Positions 48,444 through 60,498 of a stretch of DNA of 64,000 nucleotides are shown here, piece by piece. The notes under the pieces are model-generated. The model searched no databases, was not told where the DNA came from, and worked only from the letters and a program-made list of their open reading frames with translations. The stretch's first letter is position 1; each line of letters begins with the position of its first letter. The translations under genes were made by a program, and so were the position numbers. Origin of the DNA: Oikopleura dioica (Eukaryota > Animalia > Chordata); assembly GCA_907165135.1 (NCBI GenBank), contig OU015566.1, positions 10,044,001-10,108,000 of the forward strand, in the 5' to 3' direction.

Positions 48444-51400
48444 ATGAAGATTTCATCCTTCCTGTCCTTCTCGGGCGTTTTTGCCATCGACTGGATAGGG
48501 ATGCACGGAAAAGCTGTTGAAGATGACTTGTGCGATGGCTTGAGTGATCCACTGCAAGATCGCTTGTGTCGCAAATTTTCGAAAAATCACCAGACGAAAG
48601 GATTTATGGAAGCTATCCACACAGCCACAATCCAAACAACAAATGCTTGTTCGGTAAGTACCATCAAAGGAACGCCCTTTCTGGTCAACAATTACTCAAA
48701 TATTGTCAGAGGATTTACCCGTCGATTATCCCCGCCTTTCGCTACCATGTATTCCCGGTCCTTAACCCTTCAAAAAACCCTATTTGTTTTGGCCAAAACG
48801 GAAATATGCCGTTTAGTAGTTTAGAAATTCCGCGAATTCCGCCAATACTCGCCGATAAAACCTCGGATTCCGGGAATGCATGCGGGCGGATAAAGCGCAC
48901 AGGATAAACATTGCGTTTCAAGCGGATTGCACGGCGAAAAATTCTTGAACCCGAAAGTCGCGATTTTTGAAGTTTGAGCAGAGCGCACTTGATATAAGCG
49001 AGAATAATCCCTTTTTATGCGAGAATCTCGTACTTGATTTGAGGACTAGAAAGAACCTTGAACTGTCGCCATTTGATATTTGCTTCTACGAGACAATCAT
49101 GTTGCCTTTTAATTTCTATTTTCAAGCAGACGGAATTAATAAACATAAACTTATCATTAATTTTAGTCAGCAATGGCAAACAAACGCTGGAATTGCGAAA
49201 GTCTCAAATCTGCTCCCAAATTCAAGCGAGACCTTCGAAAAGGCACCTCCGAAAGAGCCTACGTTCACGCCCTGTCCAGCGCCGCTGTCTCGATCAACAT
49301 CGCCAATCGTTGTGCCAGGGGCGACATGGGAATGTGCGGCTGCCGATACCGACCGCAGGACGAGTACTTGGACCCTACGGTAAGCCACCGCAAATAACTC
49401 CTAAATTTGAAGCTTCGAAAATGGAATTTGGGGAGGTCAAGGATGTACCTTGCGGTTCTGGAGGGATTATAAGGCGGCGCATATTTTTCCCGTTGCCAAG
49501 AAAAACAGGCTCTCTTGTGATTAATTCGTAGAATTGATGAGCTCTCAAAATTTTGTGCCCTATCCTAATCCCTTAGGAAGATAAGAAAGTTACATCAAAA
49601 GAACGGCACCCAGTCAATAAGTTGACAACTTGTAAACAGTGTAAATGTCCCTGGCAGGAATCAGAGTTATCAAATTGGATAGCTTGAAATCGCGGTTCCG
49701 CCACGGCGCGAAATCCAACAAACGTAAATAATATACAATGTACTGGGCTCCGTTGGCGGGACTTGGTGACGGCAAGGGGGTAAAATTTTGATCACCCGCC
49801 AGAATAGGCCGAGATCCCTCTGTTTCATACAAGCGGTTTCATCAAAGACATCTTGGGACCTGGTTATAACATGTCGAACACGGTCGGGAAAGGGGCCTAA
49901 TGGGGACTAATTCAGGCCGCTGACCTTGATCAGATTGATCTGATTTTTACCACTTGCGCGGGACAATACTTTCTGCTTCATCCCTCCGCCGGATTAACAA
50001 TCCCTAAATTTCAGAGTAGAAAATACAAAATAGAATGTACACGTGTCAGAGTACAAATCAACAACAATTGTTTAGGTCTCGAAGCCATGCGAGCACGACC
50101 TGAAATGGGCGAACGAGTTTTCAAAACAGTGGACAGATGCGCCCATCCTTCGCTCCGACGCCAAGAAACGATACCAGCGAATGTTCACAGCTGACAATAA
50201 CGCTGGTCGAGAGGTGAGACGCACAAGAATAACTGGTTGCACAAACTGGCCCCCCTAAAAATGTAGCTCAAGGCCCGCACGAGCGGATGCCCATCCCCCT
50301 TTAATTTTCCCCTCAACTCCGGATCCAGGCCATCATTCTTGGAATTACACCTTGTAATTTCGCCCTCGTTAAAAATAGAAACACAAAAATTTCTCCTGCA
50401 CCTGCATGCCTCGCACCGATGCATGAAAAAAGCGCGACTCGTAAATGTTGTAAAAATTAACCTGATTACCCCTATTTTGGGTATTTTACCCCTCACTAGG
50501 TCCGGTAAACGCCAAACTATTATTGCTAATCAAATCGATGGACAGCCAATTGCTAATTAGTCCAATCTTTTTACCGGAGAATCAGTCTAATCGTCTTAAT
50601 CCACCTCGGCCGTAATTTTCTTGCAACAAAGGGATAATCCTAGACCCCCAGTGAGGACGGACACAGGGCGGGTCTCCAAGTCGGAGCTCGACCGGTCTCG
50701 CTATCAATCGATCTCGATTCTACCTTGGCACTTCCGACCTCGGGTGTAATTTTGACCCCGCGAGGATATCCCGTAACCCTGATCGATAACCCCTAATTTT
50801 AGCGTGACTCTTGAAAAATTATCAAAAAATCTACGCGAGGCACCGGAGTTTAAATAAACTTTCCTCGAAAATCTTGAAAATCTTGAATTTGAAGGAGGTC
50901 CCCTTATTATCCTGTCTTTCAACCCTCTCCCAAGAAAAATCAAAGAAGCACCGAGATTTTTTTTCCGAGTGAAGTTTTTCACACCAAAAAAAAAGACAAA
51001 ATAAAATAATCGTCGCAAAAGACATAAACTGTTTACTAAATTGTTTATTTTCAGGTAGCACTTCAAAGCATGAAGACAGTTTGCAAGTGCCACGGCGTCT
51101 CCGGCAGCTGCACGGAGAAAACCTGCTGGAAAGTGTCACCCACGGTTGAACAGTAAGTGTGAAAATTTTAACAGTTTGATGAATATAGTAAAAGTACTCA
51201 AATTTAACCAATCTGGTTGGGGAAATACAATTGCAAATCATTTAATCCCTCATTTAACAACTCATGTTTCCCTAGCAAACCTTTTCGTTATCTTATGGGT
51301 GTCAACCCAGCTGCTGCTCGGGTACATTTTGTTGGCAAGAGTTAAAACCTTTCGCCAAATGCGCAGCCCTGTGTCTCCCTGTTTGGGGTTAAATATTTTC

Positions 51401-52195
51401 CTATTTACATAATGCACGTCGGAGGGTTCTGTCAAACCCAAGGGCCGAGATAATAAACCGCCGGCGATGCTCAAAAGGGGTTAATAACCCTTTCAATCTG
51501 TTCAAGGGGCGTTCTAGGTGTTTGTTTATTCCCGGAAATTATGTCTTTGCAAATGCTAACCAAGGTCTTTTTAGGGTTGCGGAATCTTTGAAGAATCTTT
51601 ACGAGAGCTCCGTCAGACTGCCAAAGCGACGACGAAACGACGATTCTAACCGCGTCGAGCGAAGTTCAGTTCTGCAAATGTACTATGTCGACAAGTCAAA
51701 TGACTTCTGCGAGGCTGATAGACGATCTGGCTCTGCCGGAACAGCTGGAAGGTAAGCTAGACAAGAGATTATGCAAATTTCAAAAGTGAAACAATACGGA
51801 AAAGATACTGTTTATTGAATAGCTCTTCTGCGAGTCTGACAGTAACACAAAGGCCTGTTTTCTTTCTTCGGCTTCTGGCTTTTATCCAGGCACCCTGTAA
51901 CGGCACCCTATAAAGGGCGACCGACTAATTAGTGGCCGCGGAATTGATACATTTCAATTAGCAAATTAGCTCCGGCAAATTTGTTGTTTATTTCTCGTTA
52001 CTAACGGATTCTTTCAGAACTTGTGATCCGAACGCGTATGGCGAGGGATCTTGCGATCATCTCTGCTGTGGAAGAGGTCACAAAAAGGTCATTGAGACGT
52101 CGATCAACTACAATTACAACTGTCGCTACGTTTGGTGCTGCAGGGTCGAGTGTGATACGGTAGAAGAAACAACTATAACGCATGTATGCAAATAG
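48444..52195 (+). CDS. Wnt ligand, Wnt11-like
   Basis: Signal peptide then IDWIGM; [35 protein letters not shown]; WTDAP; NNAGR; [16 protein letters not shown]; CDHLCCGRG; [11 protein letters not shown]. Exons are separated by introns of 0.2-0.9 kb. Confidence 0.9.
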
Positions 52196-52611
52196 TATCG
52201 CAAACTGTATTAACTGTATATAATTTTAAACACTTATATAAACTTGAATAGAGAGAGAGCCAAATGTGCTATTCTCCAAACTAGCCTCAATTCTTCTTCC
52301 TTTGAAAAAGTTTTGAAGAGTTCAACTGTACATTGAACCCGTTTACATTACCATTAACATACTGTATATATCCGCCAATATAATCTTAACCATCTTTAAC
52401 AGTGTAAATACTGCCTCAAAATACTTCTGACTGTTCCATAGAATATTTCTAAGACTGAAATAAAAAAATATCTTCAAAAGCTAAAATAGATTCCCGTACG
52501 CTAGAATAGAAGCGTCTTTATAAGATTACAAGACTCTCTAGATATAAAAGGAAAAAAGTTTTTTTCGTCCTTTTGGTAGAAAATTTCGATAAAAGCCTGA
52601 TTTTGAAAAAA

Positions 52612-55600
52612 ATGAATTCAAATTTTGAAAGAGAAAACGATAGAAACAATCCGGATTCGCAGGATGAGGAACCAGAAATCGCTAGAGGAAGCTGTAATAG
52701 AAGATTTTTTGAGAACATATCAGAAAGAGTACAAGTAAGATTGTAGAAAACTCGCCAGTTTAAATTTCCTTATCAAAGCCGGATATAACCGAAGATGCCT
52801 GGCAACGGAGAGACAATGACGATTCATACGATAGTGATTCTACCAATATAAGCGAAGAAAACAGTCAATATGACACTAGCCCATTCGGCAGCGACTCGGA
52901 AGTTGAAGGCGATGACCAGCCTGCTTATGATCATTTCTTTGACTTTGACGAACACGGCTTACCTGAGCAAGGAGTTGTCGATACAGATTATGACAGGATT
53001 TATACCTTTAGAAGACAATCATCAATGAGTCTTCGGGAACGAGAAAGACAAGAAAGAATTTCTAATTCTGCTCCACCGCTTACCGAGTTCTTTGAAGAGC
53101 TAACATGTTCCAGCCCAAAATCTAAAAAAACTCCAGGTTTTAAAAAAAAATGACAGCTATTTAGCTAACAACTTCTATAGGTTTCAAAGAAGAAGGAAAA
53201 ATTAAAAGCACAAGCGAGAAAAAATGTGTCCAAAACAAGATTCTTGAAAGCGCTGACATCAAAACGAGTGAACATGACGGTGAGAAAGTACACCCTCCTC
53301 TTTTTATAAATATTAAGACTTGCGAAATGACTCAAAAATCGACAGACGACGAATTGCTGATGTTGATATTCACAAATCTGACGAGCCAGCGAACAAGCGA
53401 ATGCGCCCAAATGTCCAAACCAATGTTCCATCTAATTTATCCGCAACCGGGCCATCTTCTTCTATTTACAAGGTAACGAAGGATCATGTTTTCTTCCAAC
53501 ATGTTCACGCTCCTGTTAGAACGATGGAATGGATTTTGGATGAAGACCGCTTGCTCAGACTCAACATAGCCTAGAATACAGTAGGTAGATCTTGACTTCA
53601 AAATTATAATATGACAATTGATTTTAGATTTTCACCTCGAAAACATTCACTTCAACCATTTACCTGCTTCACAACCTATTATAATCATTGCCTCTAAATA
53701 AATATCATTGAAAAAAGTTGAGAAAGTTGCCAGAAAAGGTCAAGTTTAAGAAGCATTATGTAACAGGCTTGTCGCAGAGCTCGAAGTGCTTGACCACTCG
53801 TGAAATCTGTCAAAATGCTTGTGAGAGATCTTTTGCCATAGAAATAATGGAATGGGTAAGTAATTATTTCAAAATTAGGTCTTTCTCTAAACAGACATCG
53901 GCTTAAATTTGACAGACAGATAGTTTAGTGCACCTGGATCAGTATAAACGTAGATTAGGAAAAGAAAAGGCCATATTTACTTACGATTTCTATGTTGACC
54001 TGTTCTTTGGTGACCCGATTTTTTGTTGAGGACGCATTAATCTTAAAGTAAAGCCGCATTTTCCTTAATTTTTAAGACTTTTTGGGCAAATAATAAATTG
54101 AATAATGAAACAAGAGTTCATTCTGGAGCCATTTTAACATAAAGTATTGTAGGTCGATCCAATTCGTGAGTACTGCCATCTGCCGGAAACTGAGGACGAA
54201 GCTTCTGAAGAACTGCCAGACTTTTACGAAGACCACCTCAACAGCACTGTTCAGCAAATCGATGAAGGCAACGAGGAGAACCTCGAGATTTCTATTCAAG
54301 ATCTTGTTCATGGAGATGAACTTGAAAATATGAGTCAAACAAGCGAGGAAATTTCGCTCGATTCGATGGAAACTGCATTTTCTTCGGACGATCCGATGCT
54401 TGCAGAGCTGGAGGAGCCTAGCTGCCAGAAGATTCTTGAATCCGACATGATTAGGATTTCAATTTCAGACGGCTAGACAAAAAAGCGAGGCGCAAGTACT
54501 CAAAGTTCAAGTCTTGAACGATAAGAAATCCAAAGATAAGAAACATGCCTCTCCAATTATGGATCGCCTCTGTCTGGGCATCGACGAATTTCAAAAGGTT
54601 AATGAGTTAGCAAAATCTTTTCCTTTCGAAATAATCCCTTTAGTCTGTAGTAGTACTAGAATAATTCATTCGCGCGTTTTCAAGTGATAAATTAGACCAG
54701 GTGTTAACACGTTTTGCTAACTTAGAAGTAGAACTACCGCGAGTTTATAGCTACGGGTCACCGAAAGATAAAAATCTAGTGTACGAGATTTTCGCAGCTT
54801 TGCTTTAATTGTAATTATTCTTGAATTATGCTTAAAACTTGTTCTCCGAAATCTCTTCCACGAATTGACCCTAAAAATAGACACTGCCCCGCCACATCGA
54901 CCAGACACACCTGATTCCATGGATTTCGAAAGTATAGGTAAATCTACTACAAAGCATCTACCTCCCCATATTCTTTACCAGGTGATTGGGACTTTATGAG
55001 AGGAAGTGATGTTCGAAAAATTCCATCATGCTCTACCCCTGACAGTTCTGTTCAAGACTATTCAAATGCATATTTCTCTGAGGATGAAAATTTCGTTGGA
55101 AGGTTTGAAAAGTTTTCTTCGCTTGATTTCAATACATCTCTAGCCCGAGTGAAAAGATCACAGATCTTATAATGAAGGAGTTCGACTATTATACCAATTG
55201 TATCCGCCCGGAGCCGATAATTCAAACAGTTTACCAACAACCTGCTCAAGTATTTCAAATTCCTATTGAAGGTCAGTCCAAAGCTTCTCCGCTATTTTTA
55301 AGGGTTTTCAGAAGAAGCTCAAACCCAGACCCTGATCATCAATCAATCCTCAATAATTCCAATTTATGCCGAACCAATTCAAATGATAACAACAGTTCAA
55401 AATGCATTTCCAGTGCAAGAAACTGTCGTCGCCAACTCTACGACAGAGAAATTGAAGAGTCAGTTGATCGCTAAGATCAATGAGAAGCAGCAGAATAAGA
55501 CTCGTTCATCGCCAGAATCTCCAGAAGTGAGTAGCCAAAAGGTAAATACCGTATTGGACGTAGTTCAAATTGACCGGATATTTCTTAGAAAGAAATCAAA

Positions 55601-55616
55601 AAGGAGACGAGCGTGA
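52612..55616 (+). CDS. Uncharacterised acidic low-complexity multi-exon protein; boundaries approximate
   Basis: Series of acidic exon-like blocks bounded by GT/AG starting at ATG 52612. No family recognised. Confidence 0.4.
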
Positions 55617-55676
55617 GAGCTGTTAAAATTCAGCTAAAGATCGACTGAGCTCTAGCACAACTTATCCAGCCAACAA

Positions 55677-57062
55677 TGATGGATTATCCAGAAGATTATT
55701 TGTGCGGAACGAAATACTTCTGCTTCCTTTAGTTTAGACTTTTATCATTTAGGAAATAATAAATTTAGTATTTTTTGTTCAATTGTTTTTTTAGAGTCTT
55801 TACGGTGAGGGAATATTCTTTTATTCTAATTTGCTTACAACGATGGAAACATGAAGGAGTATCCAGTGCATAGAAAACAATAAAATAGATTCGGTCATAC
55901 AAATTGGAGAGAGAAAACGAAATCGAAACAAGGATGAATAAAATATTTGTTTAGAATCCCAACACTCCCTTAAATATTCTGATCTGTCAAAATACCAACC
56001 GCTGGCGAGGTCATCAAACCACAATTATTCCAAGTGAACAATTAATTTTTTAAAAGCCTCTCGATTTCGTCCCATTTATATACCAAGACGAAGATTAACC
56101 TCGGTCATTATTTCTGTGATTTGGGAAAATTTTGATAATTGAAAAACGATTAGATAAACGAGGGGATATTGAGCGAAAAATTGAAGTTATTCGCTAAAAT
56201 AACTTTTCACAAGTGAAGAAAACGGCCTTTCAATTCTCAATATTCAAGAATTTGACGGAAGAGAAAAATTAATATGTTGATGCTTTTACTGCTTGGATTT
56301 TACAGTGCAAGCGCAGGAGTCTGTACGCAATATTACTGCGCATCGGTAAGATTTAGAACAGAATCAAGGTCTATAAAAATTTCTTTAGTGCTATAAAATA
56401 AAGATTAAACTGAAGGAAGAAGTTCCCCATTGCACAAAACTATTGAAGAAAATGGGCTGCTGTCAAAAATATATAAGACATGATACAGGACTTTTCGGAC
56501 AGAAGGGTTGTCTCAAGACAGACAGCAGTTCAGAGAATAAAATTTTGGAGAATCTTTGCACAGGCAACGGCTCTTTTATCTGAACGCTCAAAAATTTACC
56601 GCACAAAAATTGAGCCCTGACAGATTCGAATAAAAAAATATGCAAGGAAGACGAATTCGTCGAAGAGAAACAAGAAAACTTCATCGCTAACTTGACGGAC
56701 AACTTAGAAAAAGGTTTCCAGCAGTATGAAAATTTCACTGCAGATGGCGTTTGCATCACTGTTTCTGATTCTGCGTCCCCGCTCTTCAGGACAACCTTGA
56801 TTATTTGCATCTTCACAGCACTCGGTCTTTTAGGTAAGTTCTTCATAAACGTTCTGTAAAGTCAAACTAACTAAATAATAAAGGTGTCTTCGGTTTGTTA
56901 CTCCATCATCGAAAGAAAGCACTAGAAGAATCGGAAAAAGGGCGATGCTCTCATATAATGGCCACGAGTGGAACCATCGGAGCTGCTGGACTCATGTCCG
57001 TGTATGGAAACAATATTCCTGAGCGTCAAAGTGATGAGGCGAAAAAGTTGACTGACATATAA
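55677..57062 (+). CDS. Putative single-pass membrane protein with Cys-rich ectodomain; 5' end uncertain
   Basis: Spliced 3' part reads ...KMGCCQKY...CT|DSNKKICKEDEF...LIICIFTALGLL|GVFGLLLHHRKK...KLTDI*. It needs a GC-AG intron at 56564-56623. Confidence 0.5.
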
Positions 57063-57151
57063 TCAAAACCTGCACATGAAATAAATGCCCAATTAAACAT
57101 CCAAACTTTCCCTATTCTAGCAGTGTTCAAATTTATTGCACTAAATAGAAT

Positions 57152-57911
57152 CTATCCAGTAACAAGTTCTTCGGGAATGTGTTCATGATTGTTAACGTAT
57201 TCTATTCTAACTGATCTATCTTCAGCAACTTTATAATAATCGATGCAGCAATTCCTTCTGTCTTTCGGAATCGTAATATAATCATAGCTCGCGCCTCTTT
57301 CTCCAAGATAATTCGCAATTGCTTTCATTACACCGCTGAATAGAGTCACTTGAATCGAGGAAAACAAGGTGAATCTTACCCATGGCAGAATATGAATATT
57401 TTATCGCCAGCAGAAGCTTTGGAGAGAATTTCATCCCATGCTTCTATGACTCGTGCTCTGAAAACTTCCGACTTTTCGCACGCTGGATGCTCGAATCGAT
57501 TCAGGAGGTCCATCTTTTAACAAATGTCAGATTCTTGTGCGGATGAAGGGAAAGTACCTCGACGACGATTTCTTTGACTCTTTGCTGCGAGAGGCCTTCG
57601 AGCTCTCCCAACGATCTTTCCATGAGCCTTTTATCGAGAATCTGAGCATCATCTCCAGTCGCAATTTGGCATGTCTGATGGGCGCGTTTGAGGGGGCTGG
57701 CGATGATCTTCGTCGGATTTGACGGAAGTGCCGTTTTGAGTGTAGCTGCTTGAAGCCTACCTTCTTCCGTCAGATCCGTGTCATATCCATTACCTGCGCA
57801 AGTTTGTTAATATAATCGAAGGGTTATAAAGTGTACTAAATTTTTACCTTGGTGAATTTTCGCTTTGTTTGCCTCACTTTGTCCATGGCGAATAACGTAC
57901 ACTTCAAACAT
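57152..57911 (-). CDS. Histidine phosphatase (phosphoglycerate mutase superfamily), TIGAR-like
   Basis: MFEVYVIRHGQSEANKAKIHQG...DLTEEGRLQA, IIASPLKRAHQT, RLMERSLGELEG, IFCHG. Confidence 0.82.
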
Positions 57912-58138
57912 CGGCTCTCTAATGGAACAGACTTTAAAAACTATCTGAAACCAGCGTTCGATTTTCATCAACACATTACTTTCTATTTCCTTTCTGAAGG
58001 CGGTTTCATAAGTTACTTTATTAATTAAGTATATTTTATATACAATTGATTGACTAGGAAAAGGGCTGAAAATAGCAAAGCTGAAACTTTTTTGGAACAG
58101 AAAAGAAGCGGGATAAAAAATTGTCGAAGGAATAAAAA

Positions 58139-58740
58139 TTAGATAGCACTTTCTCCGTTGATTTTCGCGAGCTTGGCGAGTCTCTTCAATTCGCGCCGCT
58201 TAATTTCACCACGGACACTTTCTAAGCACCAGTCAGAGACGGAAGTGAGTGGCTCGTCGATTTGAGGAACCATTTGAACAAGCTTTTTGAAAGGAGTAGT
58301 CATTGGATACGCTAGGATCAACTTTTCAATGTCATAAAAGTTTCTTTATAACAGTTTTATTCGAAATAACATTTTCCTGAGGCGGCATGAGAATCGTTTC
58401 ATTTAAAAATAGCCCGAGCATAATTCCGAAATAGAATTTCTTCGCATCGTCTTCGGCTAATGTCAAGAGCTTCTGATACTTTTTCTCGGCTCTCTGAGCA
58501 AGTTTCTTTTTGAAAGGGTTCAGGGTTGGCGAATTCGCCGATTTCTGGGCGTTTTGAATTTTCATGCGACATCTATTTTGAACATGCGTTGCTACGCGAG
58601 GGTGGCGAACTGCGACGGACGTAAGAAGTGCGACTGGAACATATGCCGCTAGAATAGAGTCAGAAAATGAACAAGGGAGAGCGACTTCTTACAGATATTG
58701 ATACACAAATAACAAGCGTAATAATAAGCACCCGCATCAT
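58139..58740 (-). CDS. Putative small secreted protein
   Basis: Signal-peptide-like first exon MMRVLIITLVICVSIS splices to the ORFs at 58332-58565 and 58139-58321. Confidence 0.4.
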
Positions 58741-58852
58741 TCATTCCTTCCAAAACACTCGTCGGCAACAGTTTCAAAAGCCCCATTTTCAAGTCAAATT
58801 TCTAAAAACAGAAAGTAATCAAAAACAGATTTGAATTAAAAGATTCTATAAA

Positions 58853-60424
58853 TTATAATTCCGTCCGGCTTTTCTTTTCTGGCGGCTCTTGAGTTCGATT
58901 TTCTAAAGAGTTTTCACTCGTCCAGCGTATACTAGCACAGTACTGTAAATTATCAACAGAAATATCGCGCACTTCGCGGATGGTTATCTTCGCATCTTTT
59001 TGAAGGTCCTCGTAGGATTCTTCCAGAGTTTTGAGGACTTTTAGCTTGGCTTCGTAGCGCTCTTCAATTGACGAATACTTCGGCCCAAATAAGTAGCAGT
59101 GGAAAGTCAGATCAAAAGGAAGCTCTTTTTCTTTCAAAATTTTTATCAGGACTAAAGAAAGTGGGCTCAAGTTCATTTATCAAAGTCTACCTTTGAAAGA
59201 GGAAAGGAAAAAAGTAGCACCACCAGGGAGATTCGCCAAGCATTCGATTTTCTTTACTCCTTCTGATTCTATCCTAAAGAGTTTTAAATTAAAAAGAGGC
59301 TGTTTTGAAACAACTTACAATTTTAAAACATCTTCCTTGATAACATCATGACCATCTTTATTCATTAGCGATATGAAATCTTGACTTTTAACTCCTCGTT
59401 TTCTTGGAAAGTTCAGTTCTACATTTATCCTCAGCCACTTGATCGAATTTGGGTTGAGGTCATTTGCAATCGTTCGAATTCCTCGTTTAGCAATTGGAAT
59501 CGCAAATGGCCCAATTCCGCAGCAAAGATCAACGCAAACAGATTTCTCGTCGATTTGATCAGACATTATCTGAATAGAAATTCCCAACAGTTGTTTAGAA
59601 TCCGACGATTACCTTGTGCTCCTCCTGTAACCTTGAGTTCCAATAAGTCTCGCCCATGTCTAAGTGAAATCGATTCCCATGTTCTCTATGTTCCGTCTGC
59701 AGGGAGTCTTTTCCCGCAATAACTTCAAATGGCAATATTCTGAATTTATTCTCCTCCGATTCTGTTAACGAGTCGTTTTTGGCGATGACTGTTTTCACTG
59801 TTGGAACTTTGTCTAGAAGGATTCTTCCGATAAGTTCTTTGTATTCAAAGTGCGGTTTTTTCAGGTTGACTAAAATTGAAAATAAGGGGCTATAGCCTAT
59901 CATTATAAGAAGCATATTTTTACCTTGGATAATATGCCCGATTGTCGCGAAGCCAGAAATCCTTTGAATTTCTTCAGGGAAGATCATTTCAAAGATTTCC
60001 GAAGCCGTAAAGTTGCGATAAGTAAATTGAAATTCTTCTTCGCTGAATTCAACCTGAATCCCTCGATCGAGATTCTTTCGAAACTGCTCTTCGTGTTCTC
60101 CTTTGTCGAATTTTGCGGAAAGGCGGATCTGCTTTTTGGGAAAGTCGATGTGTTTGAAATGAGGCCTCTTTATTCTTTTACGGATTCAATTTGGCGTTTT
60201 TCTTAAAAAGAAACGAGAAACTTTCAAATCCATTTCCCAAAATCCATCTTCTTGACTACTTTCAATATTGCACCGATATCTTCTTTGCATTTAAAATAAA
60301 TAACAGGCAGCGTTATTTCCGTTGTAAAAAGCTCGGGTTTAAAATCCAGCACTCCCTTCACTTTCTTAACAAAGCCTTCTGGAAGTCCTTCGATAAAGCT
60401 TTTCGTTTTCGACTTTTCCGACAT
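58853..60424 (-). CDS. TRMT5: tRNA (guanine-37-N1)-methyltransferase
   Basis: GFATIGHII, IGRILLDK...KTVIAK, FRILPFEVIAG, YWNSRLQEEH, VDLCCGIGPFAIP, ANDLNPNS. Confidence 0.92.
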
Positions 60425-60498
60425 TTATTCTACAAAACAGAAACAATCACAACTTTGGCAGAAAAATGAAGAAATCGGTTGTTGTCAGAGCCTCTGAT

